A stretch of 40,271 nucleotides of DNA, from assembly GCA_003645885.1 (NCBI GenBank), contig QNCW01000001.1, positions 1 to 40,271 on the forward strand, in the 5' to 3' direction. A program made the translations under genes and the position numbers. Position 1 is the stretch's first letter. Each line of letters opens with the position of its first letter. The notes beneath the pieces are model-generated. The model was given only the letters and a program-made list of their open reading frames with translations, was not told where the DNA came from and made no database searches. Source of the stretch: Candidatus Latescibacterota bacterium (GTDB lineage: Bacteria > Latescibacterota > 4484-107 > B68-G9). Positions 9,464-16,725 of this stretch are shown piece by piece.

Positions 9464-10182
9464 GGCTGAGGGCCGAGGGGCTGGTGAAGGAGTACAGGGG
9501 CAGGAGGGTGGTGGACGGGGTGACGTTGGAGGTGGGACAGGGGGAGATAGTGGGCCTTTTGGGTCCCAACGGCGCCGGTAAGACGACAACCTTCTACATC
9601 ATAGTGGGCCTTATAAAGCCCCAGGCGGGTAGGGTGCTTTTGGACGGAGCCGACCTTTCCGGCATGCCCATGTACAGGAGGGCCCGCCTCGGCATAGGCT
9701 ACCTCTCCCAGGAGCCTTCGGTCTTCAGGGGCCTCACAGTCCTCCAGAACTTGACCTCTGTCTTGGAGGTCCACAAGGTTCCGAAGGGGGAGAGGGAGAG
9801 GACCGCCATGGACATGCTCGAAAGGCTCGGAATAGCTCACCTTGCAGGACAAAGGGCGGACACCCTCTCGGGGGGGGAGAGGAGGAGGTTGGAGATAGCC
9901 AGGGCCCTCGTGCTCCAGCCGAAGTTTATGCTTTTGGACGAGCCGTTCGTGGGGGTGGACCCCATAGCGGTGGAGGATGTCCAGAGGATAGTTGTACAGC
10001 TCAGGGATTGGGGGATAGGGGTGTTGATAACCGACCACAACGTGCGGGAGACTTTGAGCATAACTGACAGAGCTTACATAATGGCGGACGGGAAGATACT
10101 TGTGGAAGGCTCGGCAGAGTTTTTGGCCGGCGACCCCGAGGCGAGGAAGATATACTTAGGGGAGAAGTTCAGGCTCGACTAA
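9445..10182 (+). CDS. lptB: LPS export ABC transporter ATP-binding protein
   Basis: Motifs seen: Walker A GPNGAGKTTTFY, YLSQEPSVF, signature LSGGERRRLEIARAL, Walker B LLDEPF, and the LptB-type C-terminus ..ARKIYLGEKF. Confidence 0.92.
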   Translation: MEGEALRLRAEGLVKEYRGRRVVDGVTLEVGQGEIVGLLGPNGAGKTTTFYIIVGLIKPQAGRVLLDGADLSGMPMYRRARLGIGYLSQEPSVFRGLTVLQNLTSVLEVHKVPKGERERTAMDMLERLGIAHLAGQRADTLSGGERRRLEIARALVLQPKFMLLDEPFVGVDPIAVEDVQRIVVQLRDWGIGVLITDHNVRETLSITDRAYIMADGKILVEGSAEFLAGDPEARKIYLGEKFRLD

Positions 10183-10991
10183 ACCTCCACCCTCATCCCA
10201 TCGTAGGCGACCTCTATCCCGAAACCCGAAAGGGCATCCACAAGCTCATCGTACAGAAGCCCGCCGTTGTGCGAAAAGTGGGTGGCCACGACCTTGGAGC
10301 TCGGCTTCAAAGCCCCTATCTCCTCCATCCTCGCCTTGGCCTCGACCACGGCCTCTATCCCCATGTGTCCCCTCCTCCCTTCGAGCCTCCCGTTGGTGCA
10401 GTCCAGGACCGCCAGATCTATCTCCGCCCCCTCCAAAGCCCTCCAGGTTTCCTCCGGGAACCACCCCGTGTCGAACCCTACGAACAGCTTCTTCCCGTGC
10501 CTTTCGAGCAAGTAGAGGAGGGCCTCCTGGTTCTTGGTGTCGTGGTCCGCCAGGAGCGCCTTCCCCTTCATATCCCCTGCCGCGAACTCGTCCCAGGGCC
10601 TCAAGGGATGGTACTGTGCACCTGCCTTCTCCACCTCCACCCCCGAGAGCCACTCCCCCACCTTCCTGTTCCCGTATATGTGCAAAGTTTTCCTTCGATT
10701 TATGTGGGCGAAGGGTTCCGCCCTCATAGCTATGTCCTCGGGGTAGAAGTGGTCCTGGTGGGCGTGGGTCACGAATATGTGCTCCACCTTGGAGAGGACC
10801 AGGTCCCCCCTCAGCACGTGGATGTAGTTGTCGGGAGGGAAGTCCACCATGTAGATCCCGTCCACAAGGAGCGAGGTCCTGGTGCGGATGTTCCTACCTC
10901 CGGCCTCCCTCGCCCTGCGGCAGTTCTCGCACTCGCAGAAGAGCCCGGGCCATCCTTCGGCGGCCGCTGTTCCGAGGAACGTAACCTCCAT
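10179..10991 (-). CDS. MBL-fold metallo-hydrolase (PhnP/GPMB-like)
   Basis: VTHAHQDH (HxHxDH) motif and N-terminal FLGTAAAEGWPGLFCECENC. It is the last gene of the hup-purA-folC string. Confidence 0.8.
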   Translation of the reverse strand: MEVTFLGTAAAEGWPGLFCECENCRRAREAGGRNIRTRTSLLVDGIYMVDFPPDNYIHVLRGDLVLSKVEHIFVTHAHQDHFYPEDIAMRAEPFAHINRRKTLHIYGNRKVGEWLSGVEVEKAGAQYHPLRPWDEFAAGDMKGKALLADHDTKNQEALLYLLERHGKKLFVGFDTGWFPEETWRALEGAEIDLAVLDCTNGRLEGRRGHMGIEAVVEAKARMEEIGALKPSSKVVATHFSHNGGLLYDELVDALSGFGIEVAYDGMRVEV

Positions 10992-10999
10992 GTTCCCTC

Positions 11000-12316
11000 C
11001 TAAGGCACATCGAGTCCGAAGTAGTAGATCGCCTGTTCGGCCAACATGAAAGACCCGACGACCGCCACCACGTCCCTCCTCCCCGCCCCCTCGAGAGCTT
11101 CGGATATGGCGTCGTGCACGCTATCGTACACCTCGCACGGAACGTATCCCGAAAGGACGTCCTTTACCTCCTCGGGGGGCATGGCCCTGGGTGTGTCCAG
11201 ACGGGGGAGGAATGCCCTGTGAGCTACGGGTCCCAGGACCTCGGCCATCCTCGGGAGGTCCTTGTCCCTGAGGAGGGCAAAGACCAAAAACAGCCTCCCA
11301 CTTCCGAGGAACCTCTCCTCCAAGACCTTCCTGAGCCTCTCCGCTGAGGCGGCGTTGTGGGCCACGTCCACCACGACCCACGGTTCCCTCCCGACCACGG
11401 ATATCCTTCCCAAGAGCCGCAGGGAGGAGAGCCCCTCTGGGACCGCCTCCCTCGGGACCTCCAGGCCCCGGGACCTCAGCAGGTCCACGGCCGCCACGGC
11501 GACTGCGGCGTTGAGCCCCTGATGCTCCCCCAGGAGGGGTACGAAGACCTCGTACTTCCCCCACGGGCCCTCTATGAGGAACTCCTCCCCGTCGTCCCTC
11601 ATCGCCGTCCGCTCCCACCTGTACTCCCTTCCCACATCTACGAGAGGGACCCCGCGCTCCGAGGCCACCTCCCTTATAACCTCCATGGCCTCCCCATCCT
11701 GAGGGGCCACCACTGCCGGCACGTCGGGTTTGAGGACCCCCGCCTTTTCGTAAGCGATCTCTGAAAGGGTGCTTCCGAGGAACTTCATGTGGTCGTAGCT
11801 TATCGGGGTTAAGATGCAGATTTCGGGGGAGAGCACGTTCGTCGCATCCAACCTCCCCCCCATCCCGACCTCCACCACGGCCCAGTCGACCCCCTCCCTG
11901 CGGAAATGGAGGAAGGCCACGGCGGTGAGCACATCGAAGAAGGAGTGGCTGCTCCGTCCCTCCGGGGAGAAGGTCACGAGGGGGGAGACCTCGGCTATAA
12001 GGCGGGAGAACTCCTCCTCGGAGATCTTCCTGCCGTCCGTGCGGATCCTTTCCTTGAACGAAACCAGATGCGGCGAGGTGTAAAGTCCTACCTTGTAACC
12101 CGCCCTCCCGAGCACAGAGGCCACCATGGCCGCAGTGGAACCCTTTCCCTTGGTCCCGGCCACGTGCACCGAGGGGAAGCTCTTATGAGGGTCCCCTAAG
12201 GCCCTCAACATGTAGTGCACCCGGTCCAGCTTGAAAGCGTTCTCGTACTTGTAATTTAGGGTCCTCTCATGGTTGACGAGCCTGTAGAGGAACCGGACCG
12301 CTTCCGGGTAGGTCAT
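11000..12316 (-). CDS. folC: Bifunctional folylpolyglutamate synthase / dihydrofolate synthase
   Basis: Mur-ligase P-loop HVAGTKGKGST, followed by TSPHLVSF, EVGMGGRLDATNV and DVAHNAASA. Confidence 0.9.
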   Translation of the reverse strand: MTYPEAVRFLYRLVNHERTLNYKYENAFKLDRVHYMLRALGDPHKSFPSVHVAGTKGKGSTAAMVASVLGRAGYKVGLYTSPHLVSFKERIRTDGRKISEEEFSRLIAEVSPLVTFSPEGRSSHSFFDVLTAVAFLHFRREGVDWAVVEVGMGGRLDATNVLSPEICILTPISYDHMKFLGSTLSEIAYEKAGVLKPDVPAVVAPQDGEAMEVIREVASERGVPLVDVGREYRWERTAMRDDGEEFLIEGPWGKYEVFVPLLGEHQGLNAAVAVAAVDLLRSRGLEVPREAVPEGLSSLRLLGRISVVGREPWVVVDVAHNAASAERLRKVLEERFLGSGRLFLVFALLRDKDLPRMAEVLGPVAHRAFLPRLDTPRAMPPEEVKDVLSGYVPCEVYDSVHDAISEALEGAGRRDVVAVVGSFMLAEQAIYYFGLDVP

Positions 12317-13596
12317 CGCCAGGGTTCCCCGAGCACTATAGTCTGCTCCCTCTCCCTACCCACGGATATCAGCACGACCTCCGCCCCTACCAGTTCCCCT
12401 ATCCTCCTTACGTATGCCCTGGCTCCCTCGGGAAGCTCCTCCCAGGAGCGGGCAGAGGATGTAGGCCCATCCCAGCCCGGAAGTTCCTCGTACACCGGCC
12501 TACACCTTCCCAGGACCTCAGCGGAGTTCGGAAATTCCTCGGTGATGCGGCCGTCGTATTCGTACGCCACACAGATTTTGACCGGGTCCATCCCCTCCAA
12601 GGAATCCAACCTTGTGAGGGCTAAGGATGTGAACCCGTTCACCCTTGCGGCGTAGCGCACGGCCACGGCGTCGAACCATCCGCACCTCCTCCCCCTCCCC
12701 GTCGTCGCCCCGTACTCCCCCCACCTCCTCCTCATTTCCTCCTCCATTTCCCCCTCAAATTCCGTGGGGAGTGGGCCCTCGCCCACCCTCGTGGTGTAGG
12801 CCTTGGCCACCCCGACGACCTCATCTATCCTTGTGGGACCCACACCTGTCCCGGTACACGCCCCCCCTGCGGTCGTGTTGGACGAGGTCACGAAGGGATA
12901 CGTCCCGTGGTCCAGGTCCAGGAGGGTCCCCTGCGCCCCCTCGAAGAGCACCCTCTTACCCTCGTCCAGTGCCCTGTTGAGGATCAGGGAGGTGTCGGCC
13001 ACGAGGGACGCCATCCTCTCCGCAAATCTTCTATATTGCGATAATATCTCCCCTTCGTCCAAAGGAGGCTCTCCGTAGGAGGACAGGATGCGGTTGTGGA
13101 CGTCCAGTGCGGCATGCAACTTCGCCCTGAAGACGTCCGGGTCCATAAGGTCCCCGACCCTTATCCCTACCCTGCCCGCCTTGTCCCTGTAACATGGACC
13201 TATCCCCTTGCCCGTGGTACCTATCCTCTTACCCCTGTGTTCCTCCATGACCCTGTCAAGTACCTTGTGGTAGGGCATGACCAAGTGCGCGTCCCTGCTC
13301 ACGAAGAGCCTCCCATCCACTTTCACCCCGATCCCTTCCAACCTATCCATCTCCTCCAACAGAGCCTCAGGGTCCACCACGACCCCGTTCCCTATGACCC
13401 CGACCTTCCCCGGGTGGAGGACGCCGGCCGGCACGAGGTGGAAGATGAACTCCTTCCCCCCTGCGACCACCGTATGCCCTGCGTTTGCCCCTCCCTGGAA
13501 CCTCACGACCAGGTCCGCCGACTCGCTCAGGAAGTCCACGACCTTGGCCTTACCTTCGTCCCCCCACTGCGCTCCTACCACGACCTTAGCTGGCAT
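12313..13596 (-). CDS. purA: Adenylosuccinate synthase
   Basis: Motifs seen: VVVGAQWGDEGKAKVVD, GGANAGHTV, TTGKGIGPCY, GTTGRGRRCGW. I place the start at ATG 13596 (MPAKVVVG.., GGAGAGGG SD). The track's 13653 start would translate through a GC hairpin. Confidence 0.93.
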   Translation of the reverse strand: MPAKVVVGAQWGDEGKAKVVDFLSESADLVVRFQGGANAGHTVVAGGKEFIFHLVPAGVLHPGKVGVIGNGVVVDPEALLEEMDRLEGIGVKVDGRLFVSRDAHLVMPYHKVLDRVMEEHRGKRIGTTGKGIGPCYRDKAGRVGIRVGDLMDPDVFRAKLHAALDVHNRILSSYGEPPLDEGEILSQYRRFAERMASLVADTSLILNRALDEGKRVLFEGAQGTLLDLDHGTYPFVTSSNTTAGGACTGTGVGPTRIDEVVGVAKAYTTRVGEGPLPTEFEGEMEEEMRRRWGEYGATTGRGRRCGWFDAVAVRYAARVNGFTSLALTRLDSLEGMDPVKICVAYEYDGRITEEFPNSAEVLGRCRPVYEELPGWDGPTSSARSWEELPEGARAYVRRIGELVGAEVVLISVGREREQTIVLGEPWR

Positions 13597-13615
13597 ATCC
13601 CTCTCCACATACTTA

Positions 13616-13639
13616 GGGGCAGGGGTTGTTCCCTGCCCC
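13616..13639 (-). terminator. GC-rich hairpin between hup and purA (possible attenuator or mRNA-stabilising stem)
   Basis: Perfect 9-bp stem GGGGCAGGG (13616-13624) / CCCTGCCCC (13631-13639) with a 6-nt loop. No clear U-tract follows on the minus strand, so it is not a classical intrinsic terminator. Confidence 0.3.
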
Positions 13640-13667
13640 GTAGGTGGATTCAACGTCCTTCACCACT

Positions 13668-13943
13668 TCACTTACGCACGGCCTCCACGAGCCTCTTGCC
13701 GGGCCTGAACTTGGGGACCTTGGTGGCCGGAATGTTTATCCTCTCCCCGGTCCTGGGGTTGCGGCCCGTCCTCGCCTTGCGGGTGGCAACCTGGAAAGTG
13801 CCGAACCCTACCAGGGTCACCTTGTCCCCCTTGCCCAGCGCCTCGACTATGGCGTCCAGGGTGGCGCCGAGCACCTCGTTGGCCTTGGCCTTGGAGATGC
13901 CGGCCGCCGCAGCCACCTTCCCTACTAGCTCTTCGCGGGTCAT
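13668..13943 (-). CDS. hup: HU family DNA-binding protein
   Basis: 91 aa with GFGTFQVATRKARTGRNPRTGERINIPATKVPKFRPGK, the canonical HU beta-arm. SD is AAGGAGGTG. Confidence 0.94.
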   Translation of the reverse strand: MTREELVGKVAAAAGISKAKANEVLGATLDAIVEALGKGDKVTLVGFGTFQVATRKARTGRNPRTGERINIPATKVPKFRPGKRLVEAVRK

Positions 13944-13994
13944 CCTTTCACCTCCTTTCTCAGAGCGTACTTACGGGTTTCTTTACAGGGCTTT

Positions 13995-14023
13995 AATATA
14001 TAACACTTCCACTCCAAAAGCAA
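13995..14023 (-). promoter_or_regulatory. Candidate promoter for hup
   Basis: On the minus strand: TTGCTT (14023-14018), 17 nt, TATATT (14000-13995). It lies about 50 nt upstream of the hup ATG in an AT-rich stretch. Confidence 0.3.
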
Positions 14024-14170
14024 GACCATAGTGATTTCGGACGAGGTTTAACAGGAAGATTCTGTAAAATTTTAACTTAGTTCTATCTCTTTGACATGCA
14101 GTGCTCCCCTCTGGTATTCAAGAGGCCTTGCTTTTTTGTCGTCGTTTTGTATTTTATGGGAGGGATCGGG

Positions 14171-14344
14171 CGAAGCTCGCCGAGCGTGCGGGCATGAGGT
14201 ACATGGAGTCGCCCCCAAGGTCTGCCGTAGCTGAGTCCGTCGAGGCTGCGAGGGCAGAACAGGGGCGGCTTCCACTGCTCCCTCATGGACTGGCACCATC
14301 CCGACGGGAACCTCCGACCAGCCCATCTCGGCGTTGGAGCTTCG
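14171..14344 (+). ncRNA. Candidate structured RNA / cis-regulatory leader of unknown class
   Basis: Nested helices read directly from the sequence. 14171-14178/14337-14344 is 8 bp. 14179-14184/14327-14332 is 6 bp. 14190-14193/14321-14324 is 4 bp. 14193-14199/14281-14287 is 7 bp. 14205-14215/14262-14273 is 11 bp with one bulge. 14221-14226/14253-14258 is 6 bp. 14227-14231/14245-14249 is 5 bp. Three G-U pairs exist only on the + strand. I could not match it to a riboswitch or RNA family by eye. Confidence 0.35.
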
Positions 14345-14388
14345 GTGCTCCTCGGTCCATGACCTTCGTGAAGAACAGGAGGTAAGGT

Positions 14389-15186
14389 ATGAAATACTCC
14401 TTCATGAGCTTTTCCTGCCCGGACCTCGACCTCGACGGGATGCTCTCCCTGGCCGAGAGGTTCGGGTACGACGGGATAGAACCGAGGATAGACAGCGGAC
14501 ACCGCCATGGAGTTGAGGTGGATTCGGACAGCGCCTTCAGGAGGGAGGCGAGGAAGAGGGCGGAGGAGAAAGGGGTAGCAATATGCTGCGTGGCCACGTC
14601 CTGTAGGATGGTCCTCGGGGAGACGGAGAGGACCCTGAAGGCGATAGACCTCGCAGGGGACGTGGGGGCCGGCCGCGTAAGGGTCTTCGGGGGGAGGATA
14701 CCGGAGGGGATGGGCCGCGACGAGGCGATAGAGGTGGTGGCCGAATCTTTGAGGTCCGTTGCCGACCACGCAGCCGAAAGGGGCGTCGTGGTCTGCCTGG
14801 AGACCCACGACGACTGGTGCGACCCTGAACATGTGGCCGAGGTCATGAGGAGGGCCGACCATCCCTCTGTCGGGGTCAACTGGGACGTCATGCATCCCGT
14901 GAGGAAGGGGTTCGCAACTATGGACTCGGCCTTCCGTGCGCTCGAGCCCTGGATAAGGCACCTACATGTCCACGACGGGTCCAGGAAGACAGGAAAGCTC
15001 GTCCCGATAGGCCATGGGGACTACGACCACAGGAGGGTGATAGAGCTTTTGCTTTCGATATCCTACGACGGATACATAAGCGGGGAGTGGATAAACTGGG
15101 AGGACCCTTACGAGGTCCACCTTCCCAGGGAGCTCGCCACGCTCAAGCGGTACGAGAGCGAGGTGAAGGTTCGCAACGTGCGATAA
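14389..15186 (+). CDS. Sugar phosphate isomerase/epimerase (xylose-isomerase-like TIM barrel)
   Basis: Features seen: FGYDGIEPR, VRVFGG, VCLETHDD, the H..HVHD metal-ligand pattern, and GHGDYD. AGGAGG SD lies 6 nt upstream of the ATG. Confidence 0.85.
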   Translation: MKYSFMSFSCPDLDLDGMLSLAERFGYDGIEPRIDSGHRHGVEVDSDSAFRREARKRAEEKGVAICCVATSCRMVLGETERTLKAIDLAGDVGAGRVRVFGGRIPEGMGRDEAIEVVAESLRSVADHAAERGVVVCLETHDDWCDPEHVAEVMRRADHPSVGVNWDVMHPVRKGFATMDSAFRALEPWIRHLHVHDGSRKTGKLVPIGHGDYDHRRVIELLLSISYDGYISGEWINWEDPYEVHLPRELATLKRYESEVKVRNVR

Positions 15187-15213
15187 CGGGAGCGATCACA
15201 TCCTCAGAGGTGG

Positions 15214-16704
15214 TCAAAGTTCCCCCTCCGAGAAGACCTCGGCCGAGAAGGCCCAGATCTCCGCGTCCGGGCCCTTCCATGCGTCCCTCGGAAGTCCTGC
15301 CTTCAGACAGGTGTGCTCCAGGAACGTCTTGACGTCCCACCCGTATTCGGTGGCGACCTGGGGGAGGAGGAGCCCCTGCCTCCATCCCTTCCTTATTATG
15401 AGCCCGTCCCTTCCTATGACTATGTCCTTTATATCCTTGACCCTCCAGAGGGGGGTGAGGACGGATATCTCTATCTCCAACTCCGGGACCTCCTCGGGCC
15501 TGACAGGTGGGAAACGGGGGTCCTCCAGGGCGGCGGCCCTCGCCATGTCCCTCACAGCCTCCCATAGGGGTTTTATCCCCTCTATGTAACCTATACATCC
15601 CCTCAGCTCCCCGTGCTTCTTCAAGGTTACGAACGCCCCCCTCCTTTCCAGGAGCTTACCGGACTTCACTTGGAACTCGGGGGGAGGTTCGCCCCTCGTC
15701 ACCCTCTCGACCGTCCTGCGGGCTATGGTGAGCAGTGTCCTCTTGTCCTCCTCGCTCAGGCCGAGCTCCACGCCGACCCTCTTCTTCCCCTCCTCACCTC
15801 CGGCCCCGGACCTATACACCGCTATCGCTGAATACCCTACCACATATCCCCCCCTCTCCCCCACCACATCGTTAGAGTTCGTGTGGGTCAAAATCTTGAC
15901 CTTATCGGCCCCAAGTTCCCTCGCCGCCATAAGCATAGCAGCTATAGGACCTCCGCCGCAGGCCTGGTACTCCCCGCTCAGGAGCCCCTGGACGAACCCT
16001 TCCGGATCGAACCTGAGGATGGCCTTGAGCGTCTTCTCGTCCGTCCTGTTACACTCCTCGTAGCTGTACCCGTGGTAGAGGTCCGAGCTTGCCACTATGA
16101 GCACCTTCTTGCCCTTACATGCCCTCACGATGGCATCCGCAAGGTTCCTGCAGGCCCTGAGGTTCTGTTCCCCCATCACGACGGGCACGACCTTGAGGTC
16201 CGGTATGGCGACCTGAAGGAAGGGGAGTTCCACCTCCACGGAATGTTCGTACCTGTGGCCGGCATCCGAGAAAACTATATCGTCCTCGGGGGAGAGCATC
16301 TTCTTGGCTACATCCTCCGCTATGGGCACCACCCCTAAGGGCGTCTCGTACCCCCCCTCAGCCCAGATCGAGCTTCCCCTTAAAAATTCCCTGTGGCTCG
16401 GTCCTATGACCACCACAGCGTCGTAGCGTTTCCCCATGACCTCTTTGTACGCCACGGCGGCCGTGGGACCTGAATAGGGGTATCCTGCGTGGGGACAGAC
16501 GAGGCCTACTATCTCCCCTTCCACAGGGACCTTCCTTGCGTTCTCCAACATTTCCTCTACCATCCTCCTGAGGGTGGTGGGGTCGGCCGGATAGAACTGG
16601 CCAGCTACCGCCGGCTTGCGGACCTTGGCGGAGGCTTCGACGCTCACGCCGAGGAGCAACGCAGATAGGATGACGAAGCTAACCAACGAACACTCTATCC
16701 ACAT
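15214..16704 (-). CDS. Fusion protein: Memo-like (AmmeMemoRadiSam protein B) N-terminal domain plus AMMECR1 (protein A) C-terminal domain, with a predicted N-terminal signal peptide
   Basis: Memo motifs: AGQFYP, CPHAGYPYSGP, IGPSH, SSDLYHG, ACGGGPI. After a Gly/Glu/Lys linker (about nt 15760-15810) come AMMECR1 motifs GAFVTLKK.GELRGCIGY and EDPRFPPV. The N-terminus MWIECSLVSFVILSALLLGVSVEASA-KV looks like a Sec signal. AAGGAGG SD. Confidence 0.88.
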   Translation of the reverse strand: MWIECSLVSFVILSALLLGVSVEASAKVRKPAVAGQFYPADPTTLRRMVEEMLENARKVPVEGEIVGLVCPHAGYPYSGPTAAVAYKEVMGKRYDAVVVIGPSHREFLRGSSIWAEGGYETPLGVVPIAEDVAKKMLSPEDDIVFSDAGHRYEHSVEVELPFLQVAIPDLKVVPVVMGEQNLRACRNLADAIVRACKGKKVLIVASSDLYHGYSYEECNRTDEKTLKAILRFDPEGFVQGLLSGEYQACGGGPIAAMLMAARELGADKVKILTHTNSNDVVGERGGYVVGYSAIAVYRSGAGGEEGKKRVGVELGLSEEDKRTLLTIARRTVERVTRGEPPPEFQVKSGKLLERRGAFVTLKKHGELRGCIGYIEGIKPLWEAVRDMARAAALEDPRFPPVRPEEVPELEIEISVLTPLWRVKDIKDIVIGRDGLIIRKGWRQGLLLPQVATEYGWDVKTFLEHTCLKAGLPRDAWKGPDAEIWAFSAEVFSEGEL

Positions 16705-16725
16705 ATCGCCCTCCTTGTAAAGTTC

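Noticed and set aside
10179-10182. Convergent lptB and MBL-hydrolase genes whose stop codons overlap (CTAA: TAA on +, TAG on -), with no terminator between them.
   Set aside because: The overlap is real in the sequence, but it is an expected consequence of genome compaction and shows no additional structure. I did not treat it as a functional element.
14104-14138. CCTCT..AGAGG stem followed by CCTTGCTTTTTTG, considered as a rho-independent terminator.
   Set aside because: The stem is only 5 bp with an 8-nt loop, and there is no upstream + strand gene to terminate. On the minus strand the orientation does not fit any transcript end either.
14171-14344. Minus-strand resemblance to cobalamin-riboswitch elements (GGTGCCAGTCC, GCAGACCTTGG) and to a T-box-like GGGATGGTGCC. 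There are also plus-strand partial matches to ZTP (GACTGGC), Moco (ACCTCCGACC), ydaO and the RNase P CR-IV region (CAGAAC..GGCGGCTT).
   Set aside because: Only isolated short words match, and the diagnostic motifs (B12 box, GCCACUG..GGGAAGGC, CCGCCUGGGC, GAGGAAAGUCC) are absent. The G-U pairs favour the plus strand. A B12 or T-box element upstream of hup makes no biological sense. I kept it as an unknown-class candidate only.
14335-14352. Small hairpin GGAGC-TTCGGT-GCTCC considered as a terminator upstream of the isomerase gene.
   Set aside because: No U-tract follows. Its 5' arm is also better used in the 8-bp long-range closing helix (14171-14178/14337-14344).
14101-14385. A 94-aa (+) ORF and an 84-aa (-) ORF (14072-14326) filling the large intergenic region.
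   Set aside because: Neither has an SD. The compositions are arginine/proline/serine-rich and unlike neighbouring proteins. The region is better explained by the nested RNA helices.
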